Shown piece after piece: positions 9,284 through 19,536 of a stretch of DNA of 64,000 bases. This stretch comes from an uncultured Eubacteriales bacterium (lineage in GTDB: Bacteria > Bacillota > Clostridia > Christensenellales > CAG-138): assembly GCA_900544965.1 (NCBI GenBank), contig UQXE01000001.1, positions 1,855 through 65,854 on the forward strand, given 5' to 3'. The position numbers and the translations under genes were made by a program. Below the pieces are notes generated by a model, which did not search any database, had not been told where the DNA came from, and saw nothing but the letters and a program-made list of their open reading frames with translations. How positions within the stretch are numbered: position 1 is the first letter of the stretch; each line of letters opens with the position of its first letter.

Positions 9284-10885
9284 ATGGTATGCATGGGCGT
9301 TTGGTCCCGGTTAAATATAAATTTTGACGTTGAACCAGGTGAATTCGAACTGCTGGAACGGGAAAGCGGACAGCCGCGCTTATTAGGCGTATCCGACGAT
9401 ATTCCCAATACCAGTAAACCTCAAAAAAAGCCGGTTGACGCATCCATTGAGATCAACATTGACCGCATATATAGCGAATTTCGCAAGGATATCAATCCGG
9501 ATTTGATTATAAGACGCTTTATGCTAGGCGGCCTTGTTCCTGCAGCGGCGGCGTTCATCAACGGAATGGCCGATGGCAATAATATCAACGATTTCATTCT
9601 GCGATCTGGGATGAGGAAAGGCGTCCTTGAGGGCGCCCAGGGGTCGCTTACAAAATTCGCTATAGAAAACATATTTGCAGTTAATGAAGCTAATACGGAA
9701 ACGGATTGGAATAAGGTGATGGAAGCTATCACCGAAGGCCAGACAGCAGTATTTATAGATAAAGATGCATCCGCAATCATCGTAGATACACGCGGATTTG
9801 AAAAGCGAAGCATAGGCGTAAGCGAAAATGAAAAAACCGTTCTTGGACCTAAAGAAGCGTTTTCCGAAAGCATCCGTACCAACATAACCCTTCTAAGGCG
9901 CATAGTCAAGCGAACCGACTTTGTATGCGAATTTCGGGGGAGCGGCTCTGAAAGTAGTACACGTATTGGAATACTTTATTGCGAAGGGATTGTAAATGAA
10001 ACACTATTAAATGAGATAAAGCGTAGGCTAAGCTCAGTTGATACGCGCGCGATACTTGACGTAGGCGTATTGGACCAGCTGGCTTCACGTAAGAACCTTT
10101 CCCCGTTCCCGCAAACGCTGATAACGGAGCGCCCCGACCGCGCGGCATCACATATTATGCAGGGTCATGTGGCTGTGCTGCTTGATGGCAGCCCAGCCGC
10201 TGTAATAATGCCGGTTACCCTTTTTTCACTTATGACCAGTTCGGAGGATGCTTATCTAAAGCCGCTTCTAGGGAGTATACTGCGCGTTGTAAGGTATTTT
10301 GGCGCGATTACATCGCTGCTTTTGCCAGGTATTTTCATTGCAATGGCGCTGTACCATCAGGACATGCTTTCCACAGAGGTGCTTACAACGCTGATGAGCT
10401 CGCGGAAGTTCGTAAACGTATCGTTGGAGGCGGAGATGATATTTCTGCTTCTAGTATTTCATCTTATAAGGGAGGCCGGAATCCGTGTTCCTGGAAGCAT
10501 TGGTCAGGCCATCGGCATAATAGGTGGCCTTATACTTGGGCAAGCAGCTGTAGCGGCTAACCTCGCAAGCTCTGTAATATTGATTCTTGTAGCATTAACC
10601 GGACTTGGAAACTTCTGCATTCCAGACTACTCCCTCTCATTGTGCGCTACCTATACAAGGCTCGCGATTGTATTTGCAGGATGGCTTGGAGGCCTTCTTG
10701 GTGTTTCCGTTACCGCTTTATTAATTATCGCTTATATGGCGTCTATAAAATCATACGGCGTACCATTTTTAAGTCCCTATGCACCCAAAACTCATTCCCG
10801 CCGTCCAGTTATACTCAGGGGCGTGATAAAAATGCGGCAAAGGGCGGAGGACTATGCAAACACCAAGGGGGACAGCAAACTATGA
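9284..10885 (+). CDS. spore germination protein, GerA-family A subunit
   Basis: GerA-family signature LLDGSPAAVIMPVTLFSLMTSSEDAY plus C-terminal TM helices. The SD GAAAGGAAGG is at 9275-9283; start candidates are ATG 9284 or 9293. Confidence 0.85.
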   Translation: MVCMGVWSRLNINFDVEPGEFELLERESGQPRLLGVSDDIPNTSKPQKKPVDASIEINIDRIYSEFRKDINPDLIIRRFMLGGLVPAAAAFINGMADGNNINDFILRSGMRKGVLEGAQGSLTKFAIENIFAVNEANTETDWNKVMEAITEGQTAVFIDKDASAIIVDTRGFEKRSIGVSENEKTVLGPKEAFSESIRTNITLLRRIVKRTDFVCEFRGSGSESSTRIGILYCEGIVNETLLNEIKRRLSSVDTRAILDVGVLDQLASRKNLSPFPQTLITERPDRAASHIMQGHVAVLLDGSPAAVIMPVTLFSLMTSSEDAYLKPLLGSILRVVRYFGAITSLLLPGIFIAMALYHQDMLSTEVLTTLMSSRKFVNVSLEAEMIFLLLVFHLIREAGIRVPGSIGQAIGIIGGLILGQAAVAANLASSVILILVALTGLGNFCIPDYSLSLCATYTRLAIVFAGWLGGLLGVSVTALLIIAYMASIKSYGVPFLSPYAPKTHSRRPVILRGVIKMRQRAEDYANTKGDSKL

Positions 10886-12000
10886 ACCTAAGGGAAGGAA
10901 GAATTGGAACGCGCGAGACTATTAATGTTATCGGTATAGCGTTGCTTATTAACGGAATGTTTTCCATCGACAGTGCAAAGGCCTACGCAAATGGAAATTC
11001 CACTTTCATCTCACTTCCGCTTGCTCTGGCGCTGTCGGGCGCGGCGTTTTTACTTATATGCTATGCTATACGCCGCAGTGAAACCGTAAATCTTCATACG
11101 ATGCTGGAGTATTCCTTTGGAAAAGTTATAGGAAAAATTATAACCGTTTTGATTTGTTTGGCTCTCGTTTCCTTGGTTTACGGACCGCTTGTAAACATTT
11201 TAGCCTATTTGCGGATTATGACCAACGACGCTTCATCCACTGCCGTCGCGTCGTTTATATTGCCCGTTATGGTAGCGTTATCATGGATGGGACTTGAAAC
11301 CATAGGCCGTACGGCAAACTGCATATCCCTTCTGTTTCTGCTCTCTATCGCAGTTATCATCGTTGTTGCGGCGGATGGCTATGAGACCCACCGCCTATAT
11401 CCTCTAATCGGCAATGACGTCTCGGATATAGCAATGTTTACCTCGTCCGGCGTATTTAAGTTCCTGCCGCCGCTTCTCCTTCTGCTTAGCTTGACTGGCG
11501 GAACTCAAGGCCTGGGGAACGCAAAACGATCGGGACTGATAGCCTCTTTAATAGCCTTTGTCCTTATAACGATTATACAGTTAAGTATAGGGCTCACCTA
11601 CAACTATACAGAGCTACAGCGGATGTCAATACCTTTTTCGCAGATCAGTATGCTTACAGAAACGCTTGGAATCAGGTTTGACAGGTTTGCCTCAATGATA
11701 TGGCTGATAGGAACCATATTAACGTGTTCATTTTATATCTACGGCTCCTCATTCCTCTATGCAAAATGCTTTAACCAGCGTGATATCAGGCCCATTACCA
11801 TATGTATAGGTACGGCTGCCATTCTGGTTTGTACAGGATCGGATAACATATCAAAAACCTTTGAATCGGCGTCCGGCCTTATAAACTTAATTCCAGATTT
11901 GGGATTTGCGATATTGCTGATTCCTTTGGCGGCAGCCTCAATAGTAGCAATAATAAAATCAGTAAGGAGCGATAAAAAGAAACGCAATGAAGCAGCTTAG
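10882..12000 (+). CDS. spore germination protein, GerAB-type permease-like B subunit
   Basis: Polytopic membrane protein of about 372 aa. Its ATG overlaps the A-subunit stop (ATGA at 10882-10885); the longer ORF from 10642 overlaps gerA and was discarded. Confidence 0.8.
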   Translation: MNLREGRIGTRETINVIGIALLINGMFSIDSAKAYANGNSTFISLPLALALSGAAFLLICYAIRRSETVNLHTMLEYSFGKVIGKIITVLICLALVSLVYGPLVNILAYLRIMTNDASSTAVASFILPVMVALSWMGLETIGRTANCISLLFLLSIAVIIVVAADGYETHRLYPLIGNDVSDIAMFTSSGVFKFLPPLLLLLSLTGGTQGLGNAKRSGLIASLIAFVLITIIQLSIGLTYNYTELQRMSIPFSQISMLTETLGIRFDRFASMIWLIGTILTCSFYIYGSSFLYAKCFNQRDIRPITICIGTAAILVCTGSDNISKTFESASGLINLIPDLGFAILLIPLAAASIVAIIKSVRSDKKKRNEAA

Positions 12001-13198
12001 TATCTTACTCATTATCTTTATACTATGTACCAGCATGACGGGCTGCCTTCAGCAGGGCGCCCCAGAGGATCACGCATTTGTGTTGGCCGTAGGCGTTGAT
12101 AAGGGGAAACAACTAAAATATTTTGTTACCTTTATGATACAAAAGGGACCTAAGGACCCCGAAGGGGACGCGGCTGCAGAGTCGACATTGGTAGGTGCTG
12201 AAGGTGAAAGCCTATTTGACGCTATGAGGATAATACGCGCGGCCCTAACAAACATAATTAATTTTACGCGCACAAGTATTATATTGTTCTCATCAGACGC
12301 CGCCCGCGAGGGGTTGATGAAGGACTTCCTCTCGTTTACATTCGACTCCGTAAAGATCCGTCGGTCAACGTATCTCCTTGTCATTCAGGGAGAAGTCCGC
12401 GACTTTATGCAGGGAATGGATACAGGCGAGGGCATAAGCTCTGAATTATTGCAGTCTGGGCTTAGCAACAGGTATGGGATAGGAGGATATGTTCCCCTCA
12501 CCAATGCGGTTTCATTTTTTGAAAGCACAAACGCTGGCAGAATGGACGCTATCATTCCCCTTGGCAATATAGACGAATCGATTATATCGGACGAACGTAA
12601 AAAAGAGTCTGAAGCAACCGGCGAAGAACCCAAACCAAAGGAAGAGGATACTACCGTCGGCATTGAACGGATAGGCGGTATGAAATCAACCCTTATGGGA
12701 AGCGCCATATTTGACGGCTGGGTCATGACAGGAACCCTGAATGGCCCGGATACACAGTATCTGCTTATAGGCCGGGGAGAATTTCATACTGGTAGTCTGG
12801 CTATACACGCCCCTGACGGCAATCTCATCGAGTGCCTTATTCATACCTCGGGTTCCCCAAAGGTAAACTTATCCTTGTATCCTGCCCCTGTGGCAGAAGT
12901 TGAAATAGGGATAAAGTGCCGTGTAATGCATGATTCCGTGGAGCTTCTGGAATCAAAGTGGCCCGAGATGGGTTCCGACATAGAAAATTACTTTGAAAAA
13001 CAAATGAGCAGAATATTCGAAGGGTGTAAAAGTATACGCTCGGATGCTTTCGGATTTGGCAAGCATGCCGTACTACAATTTAATTCTACGGACGCATGGG
13101 AGGAGTATAACTGGAAAAAGCAGTACGAAAATATGGAAGCTAATTTTAATGTTTCTATACAGTTTGAAGATAGCTTTAGTTCAACGCATTTGGAGTAG
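11987..13198 (+). CDS. Ger(x)C-family germination lipoprotein, C subunit
   Basis: Lipobox LCTSMTGC at the N-terminus. The gene overlaps the end of the B gene, and its size and position are typical of gerAC. Confidence 0.85.
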   Translation: MKQLSILLIIFILCTSMTGCLQQGAPEDHAFVLAVGVDKGKQLKYFVTFMIQKGPKDPEGDAAAESTLVGAEGESLFDAMRIIRAALTNIINFTRTSIILFSSDAAREGLMKDFLSFTFDSVKIRRSTYLLVIQGEVRDFMQGMDTGEGISSELLQSGLSNRYGIGGYVPLTNAVSFFESTNAGRMDAIIPLGNIDESIISDERKKESEATGEEPKPKEEDTTVGIERIGGMKSTLMGSAIFDGWVMTGTLNGPDTQYLLIGRGEFHTGSLAIHAPDGNLIECLIHTSGSPKVNLSLYPAPVAEVEIGIKCRVMHDSVELLESKWPEMGSDIENYFEKQMSRIFEGCKSIRSDAFGFGKHAVLQFNSTDAWEEYNWKKQYENMEANFNVSIQFEDSFSSTHLE

Positions 13199-13201
13199 TA
13201 T

Positions 13202-13360
13202 ATGACTTTATTGATTATTTATTCGTTGCTTAGCGTTTTTTTTGGAATCGCTTACACGATACATAATTTCAGGATTAAGAACATCTCTGGTGCCATAGGC
13301 ACAATAATCTTAATCCTGTCAACTGGATTTGTCGCGGTTACCATAATGTTTTTGTTGTAG
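13202..13360 (+). CDS. small two-helix membrane ORF coupled to the ger operon (possible D subunit)
   Basis: 52 codons, MTLLIIYSLLSVFFGIAYTIHNFRIKNISGAIGTIILILSTGFVAVTIMFLL. The ATG is 4 nt after the gerC stop, with GGAG 6 nt upstream. It falls below the ORF-track size cutoff. Confidence 0.4.
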   Translation: MTLLIIYSLLSVFFGIAYTIHNFRIKNISGAIGTIILILSTGFVAVTIMFLL

Positions 13361-13440
13361 CTTAACCTAACATCATCATTATAAGGGCATCGTAATGTTT
13401 AACCATATGATGCCCCCTGAAACTCGTATTTTATTGCTCC

Positions 13441-13935
13441 CTATTCTACATAGCCTAACTCCTTTAACTTTGCTCCAAGTATGCGAAGCCGCTCTGATAT
13501 CATGCCTTCATCCCTGCTTATTGAATTCAATAACAGCTCAACGTCCTCGTCAATATTATCGTTAGATGTACATATGCTGACGTTCATATCCTCGCCTTGT
13601 ATTCCGATGCGTTCAACCAAGGGATTCTTTTTGTCATAATACATAGGGAAATGGCGCGGGTGGTCAAAATACTGCTTTGCGGAACAATACAGTATGCACA
13701 GGTCAATTACACGGTGAATTGGCAATTCCTCGCTAAGCCTCGACCATCTGTCTCCTGAGTTGCGCCATACCTTTAACGAAGCGTCTACTCTGCCGCGCTC
13801 ATTCCACTGCGCCAACCCTAGAGAAATCCCCCTTGCATCCGTATCGCACGCCCATCTGCCGTCAACGTCGCCATAATTGTCGATTATAACTACGGGTTTA
13901 TGCTTCAAATGTGTAGGTACATTTGTAACTGTCAT
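13441..13935 (-). CDS. conserved hypothetical protein
   Basis: 164-aa ORF with a GGAGATATAT SD region and no domain I recognise with certainty. Confidence 0.55.
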   Translation of the reverse strand: MTVTNVPTHLKHKPVVIIDNYGDVDGRWACDTDARGISLGLAQWNERGRVDASLKVWRNSGDRWSRLSEELPIHRVIDLCILYCSAKQYFDHPRHFPMYYDKKNPLVERIGIQGEDMNVSICTSNDNIDEDVELLLNSISRDEGMISERLRILGAKLKELGYVE

Positions 13936-13992
13936 AATATATATCTCCTTTTATACAATCCAGTAGATTATACGGCGACTAATGACCATTTG

Positions 13993-15918
13993 TCAATGAA
14001 ATTCATCAATAAACGCATCTAATTCTGAATTTTTTCTTTCCCAGTCCTGATACAGAAGCTCAACCCTCTTAGCTATTTCCCTTGCCCTTTCATCAAGCTC
14101 CCCCGTCTTTTTATAGTTTGAGGCGACATCGGGCTTAGCCATTTGTGCAGCTATAGCCTCTTGCTCGGCCTCCGCATTCATTATGCGTTCCTCTATACGC
14201 CTTATCTCGCCCTTAATACGGTTGACAGCGCTTTGAAGCTCCTTTTGACGTTTATAATCATTTTGTTTTGCCTTTCCCGATGATGCGATTGACCGGTTTT
14301 TGTTCCTCCTATACGTCTTTGCCTCAACAAAGTCGTCATATCCTCCAATATACTCGGTAATCCCCTCTTCGTCCATGTATAATACTCTGTCGGCAAGCTT
14401 GTTGACAAGGTATCTGTCGTGGGTAACGATGATCATCGTTCCCCCATAATCCATTAATGCGCTTTCAAGGGCCTCCCTGGAGGCTATATCAAGATGGTTT
14501 GTCGGCTCGTCCAGGAGCAGAAAATTAGCCTGAGAAAGCATCAGTTTAAGCAGCTGTACCCGTGCCTTTTCACCTCCTGACAGGTTGGCGACCTTCTTTT
14601 CAATGTCGTCGCCCCTAAACAGGAATGCCGCAAGCGCGTTTCTTATCTGGCTATGCGTCATTTTTGTATAGTGATCGTCCCAAACCTCGTCTAAAACGCT
14701 CTTTTGAGCTGAAAGCTGGCCCAGCGTCTGATCATAATAGCCCACGCTAACATGCGCACCATAGTTGAAAAAGCCTGAATCGCTGCGTTCCTGTCTCGCC
14801 AATATCCTTAGAAGCGTCGTCTTTCCGCATCCGTTCGCGCCGATTAGGAATACCCTCTCCCCTTTCGTTATGTGCAGGTTAACTTTATCAAATATTTTCT
14901 TTCCATCATATCCCTTTGACAAATCCTCCGCAATAAGGACGTCGTTTCCGCTGATATCTTTCGCAGTAAAACCGAACTTGATGGACTGGGGATCCCTTTC
15001 AGGCTCTACAAGGGTGTTTTTTAGCCGTTCTATCTGTTTTAGTTTTGATTCGGCGGTGACAAAGTTGCGCTCCTGTCCCCATCTCCTCTGCTGCTCCACT
15101 ATTCCGTAGATGCGCCTGATCTCCCTTTGCGTATTTTGATAATGCCTAAGCTGGATTTCACGCTCAGTACCCCTGCGCTCCATATGGCTAGTATAATTGC
15201 CCTGACTGGAATACAGCGATCCCAGCTTAAGCTCCAACGTTCTGTTTGTGATCTTATCCAGTAAATAACGGTCATGTGATATGACAATAAACGCCCCTGA
15301 GTACGATTTTAAATACTCTTCAAGCCACTCAATGCTCTCAACGTCAAGATGGTTAGTAGGTTCGTCCAGCATAAGGAGGTCAGCGCCAGACAGCAGCACC
15401 CGGGCAAGCTGGGCCTTATTGCGCTGCCCTCCGCTGAACGTCTTTAGCTGCCTTTTAAGATCGCTGTCGGTAAATCCCAGGCCAAGCGCCGCCGACCTGG
15501 CCCTGCTGCGGAATGTAAGGCCGCCTTCCATTTCAAACCGCTCCTGTAAAACATGCTGCCGGTTTATAAGCGAGTCAACGTTACCCTCTCCCAGGCTCAG
15601 CTTTTGCGCTATTTTCTCAAGCTCCCTTTCCATATCCTCAAGATGGGAAAAAACCTTCATAATGCTGTCCAACAGGGTCAAACCGTCGTCTTCGATATGT
15701 TGCTGCATTGTGCCAACAGCGGTCCCCTTTGAATAATGTATAGTTCCTTCATCGGGCGCGTCCATGCCAATCAGCATATTCATCAGGGTTGTTTTGCCGC
15801 ATCCATTCACTCCCACAAGACCAACCTTATCCTTTGAATCTATATCAAAATTTAGATTTTCAAATAAAATCCGATCCACAAATGCTTTTTTTAAATTTCT
15901 TACCGTTAATATTAACAT
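13993..15918 (-). CDS. ABC-F family ATPase (two ABC domains, no TM domain, C-terminal coiled coil)
   Basis: Two Walker A motifs (GVNGCGKTT, GANGCGKTT), two LSGG signatures, and a charged C-terminal extension. Confidence 0.85.
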   Translation of the reverse strand: MLILTVRNLKKAFVDRILFENLNFDIDSKDKVGLVGVNGCGKTTLMNMLIGMDAPDEGTIHYSKGTAVGTMQQHIEDDGLTLLDSIMKVFSHLEDMERELEKIAQKLSLGEGNVDSLINRQHVLQERFEMEGGLTFRSRARSAALGLGFTDSDLKRQLKTFSGGQRNKAQLARVLLSGADLLMLDEPTNHLDVESIEWLEEYLKSYSGAFIVISHDRYLLDKITNRTLELKLGSLYSSQGNYTSHMERRGTEREIQLRHYQNTQREIRRIYGIVEQQRRWGQERNFVTAESKLKQIERLKNTLVEPERDPQSIKFGFTAKDISGNDVLIAEDLSKGYDGKKIFDKVNLHITKGERVFLIGANGCGKTTLLRILARQERSDSGFFNYGAHVSVGYYDQTLGQLSAQKSVLDEVWDDHYTKMTHSQIRNALAAFLFRGDDIEKKVANLSGGEKARVQLLKLMLSQANFLLLDEPTNHLDIASREALESALMDYGGTMIIVTHDRYLVNKLADRVLYMDEEGITEYIGGYDDFVEAKTYRRNKNRSIASSGKAKQNDYKRQKELQSAVNRIKGEIRRIEERIMNAEAEQEAIAAQMAKPDVASNYKKTGELDERAREIAKRVELLYQDWERKNSELDAFIDEFH

Positions 15919-15962
15919 TATTATTTTCCCTTATGCAGCCAAAAGCGACAATTCTTCCAGCG

Positions 15963-16646
15963 CTATAGTATCATTTTGGGTCTGAAGTTAAGATGGTCTG
16001 ATGAGCAAAGCGTATACGTCGTGCCGTTAAGGCGTCCCTCAAACGCTCCCTTATGAGCGATCCCATGCAGATGGGCATATACCACATGCTCTATCTCAAA
16101 CTCGTCGAACAGCTCGGTAAAACCCGTTTTAACATTCCTATCACAGCACGGGGGAAAATGCATCATACATATCGCGTTTTTCCGGTCTGGCAATGTAGAT
16201 AGGGATAGCCTCAGCCTTTGCAATTCACGCTCATAAATCCTTTTGTCCTTATCGGTAAAGCCCTGTGAGCCAGGACAGTTCCATCCCCTTGAACCCGCTA
16301 TACCCAAGCCGTCTATCTCGAGCGAATCGTTCTGTATAGCATGAACAGTGTCTGGCAATACAGCTCTAAGCTTTGAAATTGATCTCCACCAATAATCATG
16401 GTTGCCACGCAAAAGGACCTTTCTTCCAGGCAGTTCGGATAGAGCGAGAATATCCTCCATAGCTTCGTTTAGCTGCATAGCCCAGCTTATATCTCCAGGT
16501 ATGAGAACAATATCCCCCTCTTGTATACTATCCCTCCAGTATCGGCTCATTCTGTCGAAATGCCCCTCCCAATGGGGGCCAAACACATCCATTGGCTTGT
16601 CCATACCTCCGGGAAGGTGAATGTCTCCTATAGCGAATACGTGCAT
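15963..16646 (-). CDS. metallophosphoesterase family protein
   Basis: GDIH...GD...GNHD motifs (MHVFAIGDIHL, LIPGDIS, LRGNHDYWW). Confidence 0.8.
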   Translation of the reverse strand: MHVFAIGDIHLPGGMDKPMDVFGPHWEGHFDRMSRYWRDSIQEGDIVLIPGDISWAMQLNEAMEDILALSELPGRKVLLRGNHDYWWRSISKLRAVLPDTVHAIQNDSLEIDGLGIAGSRGWNCPGSQGFTDKDKRIYERELQRLRLSLSTLPDRKNAICMMHFPPCCDRNVKTGFTELFDEFEIEHVVYAHLHGIAHKGAFEGRLNGTTYTLCSSDHLNFRPKMIL

Positions 16647-16665
16647 TACCCCTCCATATCAAACC

Positions 16666-17025
16666 TTACAGCTCCTCATCCTCGGACGAGCTGAGCTCGC
16701 TGTCAATCTCAATGAGTTCGCTTTCCGGTATGCTGTCGTCAACCGGTATCTCCAGCTTCTCCATTTCACCGATACCTATATCTTTAAAGAGAATTGTGTC
16801 GTCAATGCCCTTTAAAACCGGCTCCCGAAGATTTCTCATGCAGTTGGCGCAAAGCATGGATCCGTTCATGGCCCTGTTCTCCCCGCACTCGGAACATATT
16901 ACTACAAGGTCGTCGTCCTCGTCCGGTTCGCATGACGTCAAAACAGCGTTTTTACACACACCGCACAGCTTTTCACCATCTCGAATATAATTTAGTTCAC
17001 ATCTAGGGCATTTCCTGTATCCCAT
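16666..17025 (-). CDS. double zinc-ribbon protein with an acidic C-terminal tail
   Basis: CPRC...CGVC and CSEC...CANC cysteine pairs, with a tail rich in D/E/S (SELSSSEDEEL). Confidence 0.6.
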   Translation of the reverse strand: MGYRKCPRCELNYIRDGEKLCGVCKNAVLTSCEPDEDDDLVVICSECGENRAMNGSMLCANCMRNLREPVLKGIDDTILFKDIGIGEMEKLEIPVDDSIPESELIEIDSELSSSEDEEL

Positions 17026-17053
17026 GAAAACACCTCCTCAAATACGCTTTCTA

Positions 17054-17692
17054 TTAATCATTATAATCAGTATTTGCCTCATCAGAACCGCTGTCCTCAT
17101 GCGCATCGGAAAAGACATCGCCAATTCTTATCAGCAGTTCCGGCCTCCCCTGTCCCGATTCGGCCGAGTAGGCAATGGCGTATGGCGGCGCGCCCGCCAG
17201 TTTTGCAACCTTATTGGCCGCTTGCTGCCTTTTTGATACCGCGATCTTGTCTGCCTTGGTGGCGACGATTGTAAACGGAATCCCATAGTAAAGGATCCAT
17301 TGCAGCATCTGCCTGTCCTCTGCTGTTGGTTCATGGCGGATGTCTAACAACAAAAATATATGTGTAACCCTTCCGGATGAAAGATAGTTTTCTATCAGAC
17401 GGCCCCATTGCGCCTTTTCCGATTTTGGCGCCTTTGCAAACCCGTATCCTGGCAAGTCAACGAGGTAATAATCATTGTTCACGCTAAAGAAGTTAATCAG
17501 CCTTGTTTTACCTGGGTGCTGGGATGTCCTAGCAAGCCTGAAATTATTGCATAATGAATTTATTAGGCTTGATTTGCCTACGTTTGACCTGCCCACCATC
17601 GCTATTTCCGCCATTGCGGGATCAGGATAGCCGTCTCCCCCATTCCCCACGCTTGTAATAAACATAGGGTTTTTCAGCTTGAACTCACCCAT
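17054..17692 (-). CDS. engB: ribosome biogenesis GTP-binding protein EngB/YsxC
   Basis: GRSNVGKSSLIN (G1), DLPGYG (G3) and TKADK (G4) motifs; the length is typical. Confidence 0.9.
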   Translation of the reverse strand: MGEFKLKNPMFITSVGNGGDGYPDPAMAEIAMVGRSNVGKSSLINSLCNNFRLARTSQHPGKTRLINFFSVNNDYYLVDLPGYGFAKAPKSEKAQWGRLIENYLSSGRVTHIFLLLDIRHEPTAEDRQMLQWILYYGIPFTIVATKADKIAVSKRQQAANKVAKLAGAPPYAIAYSAESGQGRPELLIRIGDVFSDAHEDSGSDEANTDYND

Positions 17693-17702
17693 CTTTAATC
17701 CT

Positions 17703-18167
17703 TTATACGCCTTTACCGCGTCTTTCTTTAAAAAACTTTGTCATAATAGCGCCGCATTCGCCCTCTAGCACTCCGCCGATCACCTTTGGCGAGTGTGATA
17801 ACCAGCCATCAGCCAAATCGGCTACCGAAGCGCAGCATCCCGATACCTTATCATACGCTCCGAATACAATGGTATCAAGTCTGGCCCCTATGCATGCCCC
17901 AACACACATTGCGCATGGCTCAAGCGTTACATATATATCACATCCGCTAAGCCGCCAGTCGCCAAGCCTATGTGCCGCCTCCCTTATGGCCAGCAGCTCC
18001 GCATGCGCTGTCGGATCCTTTTGAGTCTCAACAAGGTTATGTGAAAATGATATGACCTCGTTGGCCTTTGTTATTACAGCTCCCACGGGAACCTCGCCTA
18101 TATCAAAAGCCTTTCGGCCCTGCTCCAGCGCAATGCGCATGAAGGCCTCCGCCTCGGATATCAGCAT
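17703..18167 (-). CDS. tadA: tRNA-specific adenosine deaminase
   Basis: HAELLAIREA ... PCAMCVGA zinc-binding deaminase motifs in a 154-aa protein. Confidence 0.85.
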   Translation of the reverse strand: MLISEAEAFMRIALEQGRKAFDIGEVPVGAVITKANEVISFSHNLVETQKDPTAHAELLAIREAAHRLGDWRLSGCDIYVTLEPCAMCVGACIGARLDTIVFGAYDKVSGCCASVADLADGWLSHSPKVIGGVLEGECGAIMTKFFKERRGKGV

Positions 18168-19534
18168 TGAAATACCGCTTCCCTTATTATTTCGCTAACT
18201 GTCGGATGAGGGAAAATCAGCCTCTTTGCCTGGTCAACCGTCATGCCGGATTCAATGATAATCCCCGCCGACACGATAAATTCCGATGCATAGTTGCATA
18301 GCGCATGCGCTCCTATTATTTTGCCGCTTTCTTCGTCAACTATAAGCTTGAAGCTGCCGTCGCCCCCCTCGTTCTCCGCCAAATAGCGCCCCGAATACCT
18401 CATCGGGATCTTGACGACCTTAACGGCAATGCCCTTCTTGCCGGCCGAAGCCTCGGTTTCACCAACGCTGCCAAGCTCGGGGTTTGTATATATAACGGAA
18501 GGTACAGTATTATATTTCATCGCGTCTTCCACGCCAAGCATATCGTTTACGGCTACTTCCGCCTCCCTATATGCCGTATGGGCTAACATTGAGCGTCCGT
18601 TTACATCGCCTGCCGCATATGCGTTTTTTACGTTTGTTCTCATATGCTCATCGGTTATTACGCAGCCCCGCTCGGTTTTAACGCCTATCGATTCAAGGCC
18701 TATGCCCTGCGTATTAGCCCTCCTGCCTATTGACAGCAGTACTTTGCCGGCATCCGCGCGCTGTATTCCATCGTCGGTTTCATACTCTACAAAACCATCT
18801 CCAACTTCTACGACCTTCGCGCTAAGCTTGAACGCAATTCCTTTTCGCTCATAGTTTTTTTGTAATATTGAGGTCAATTCCTCATCGTTCTCACCCGCTA
18901 TATGATCAAGCATCTCTATTACCGTTACTTTAGATCCAGCTGAGTTGAAATACGAGGCCATTTCAAGGCCAATCACACCCCCGCCGATCACAACCAGGCT
19001 TTCCGGCACTTCCGTCAAGTCCAAAATCTCGCGGTTTGTCAAAACAAAGCCCCTTTCAAGACCTTCCTCTAGCCCCTTTATAGGCGGCACAGCAGGCGAC
19101 GAGCCTGTTGCAACCAGCAAGCGGGTCCCCTCATATATATCGCTGCCAACGCTGATTATGAATGGGGATTCATCGTTTTCACGGCTGCATATAACGCCCG
19201 TCCCGGATATAAGCTCCACCCCATTTGCCTTAAGCGTGCTCTTTATCCCGCCTGATAAAAGCTTGATCACTTTTTTCTTACGGTTTATCACCGCTTTATG
19301 ATCAAAATCAGCGCCCTTGACAAAAACCCCGTATTTTTCCCCATGCACCGCGCCGTCGTAGAGCTTGGCGCTGTACAGCAAAGTCTTTGTGGGTATGCAG
19401 CCCTCGTTAAGGCACACTCCCCCTACGTTTTGCTTTTCTATACATAAGACCCTGAGTCCCGCGTGTCCCGCACGCTCGCTCGCAAGGTAACCGGCAGGGC
19501 CCCCGCCTAAAACAATTAAATCATAAGCTGACAT
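18161..19534 (-). CDS. lpd: dihydrolipoyl dehydrogenase
   Basis: GGGPAGY FAD-binding motif, redox-active CLNEGCIPTK motif, 457 aa. It overlaps the tadA start by 7 nt. Confidence 0.85.
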   Translation of the reverse strand: MSAYDLIVLGGGPAGYLASERAGHAGLRVLCIEKQNVGGVCLNEGCIPTKTLLYSAKLYDGAVHGEKYGVFVKGADFDHKAVINRKKKVIKLLSGGIKSTLKANGVELISGTGVICSRENDESPFIISVGSDIYEGTRLLVATGSSPAVPPIKGLEEGLERGFVLTNREILDLTEVPESLVVIGGGVIGLEMASYFNSAGSKVTVIEMLDHIAGENDEELTSILQKNYERKGIAFKLSAKVVEVGDGFVEYETDDGIQRADAGKVLLSIGRRANTQGIGLESIGVKTERGCVITDEHMRTNVKNAYAAGDVNGRSMLAHTAYREAEVAVNDMLGVEDAMKYNTVPSVIYTNPELGSVGETEASAGKKGIAVKVVKIPMRYSGRYLAENEGGDGSFKLIVDEESGKIIGAHALCNYASEFIVSAGIIIESGMTVDQAKRLIFPHPTVSEIIREAVFQC

Positions 19535-19536
19535 GT

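Noticed and set aside
10642-10881. N-terminal 80-codon extension of the gerB-type ORF
   Set aside because: It lies entirely inside the gerA-type gene in another frame. The ATGA overlap at 10882 gives the classic coupled start.
15281-15736. 151-aa plus-strand ORF (and 14765-15109)
   Set aside because: It is antisense to the ABC-F ATPase gene, whose motifs are unambiguous.
18411-18854. 147-aa plus-strand ORF
   Set aside because: It is antisense to lpd, so it is a shadow ORF.
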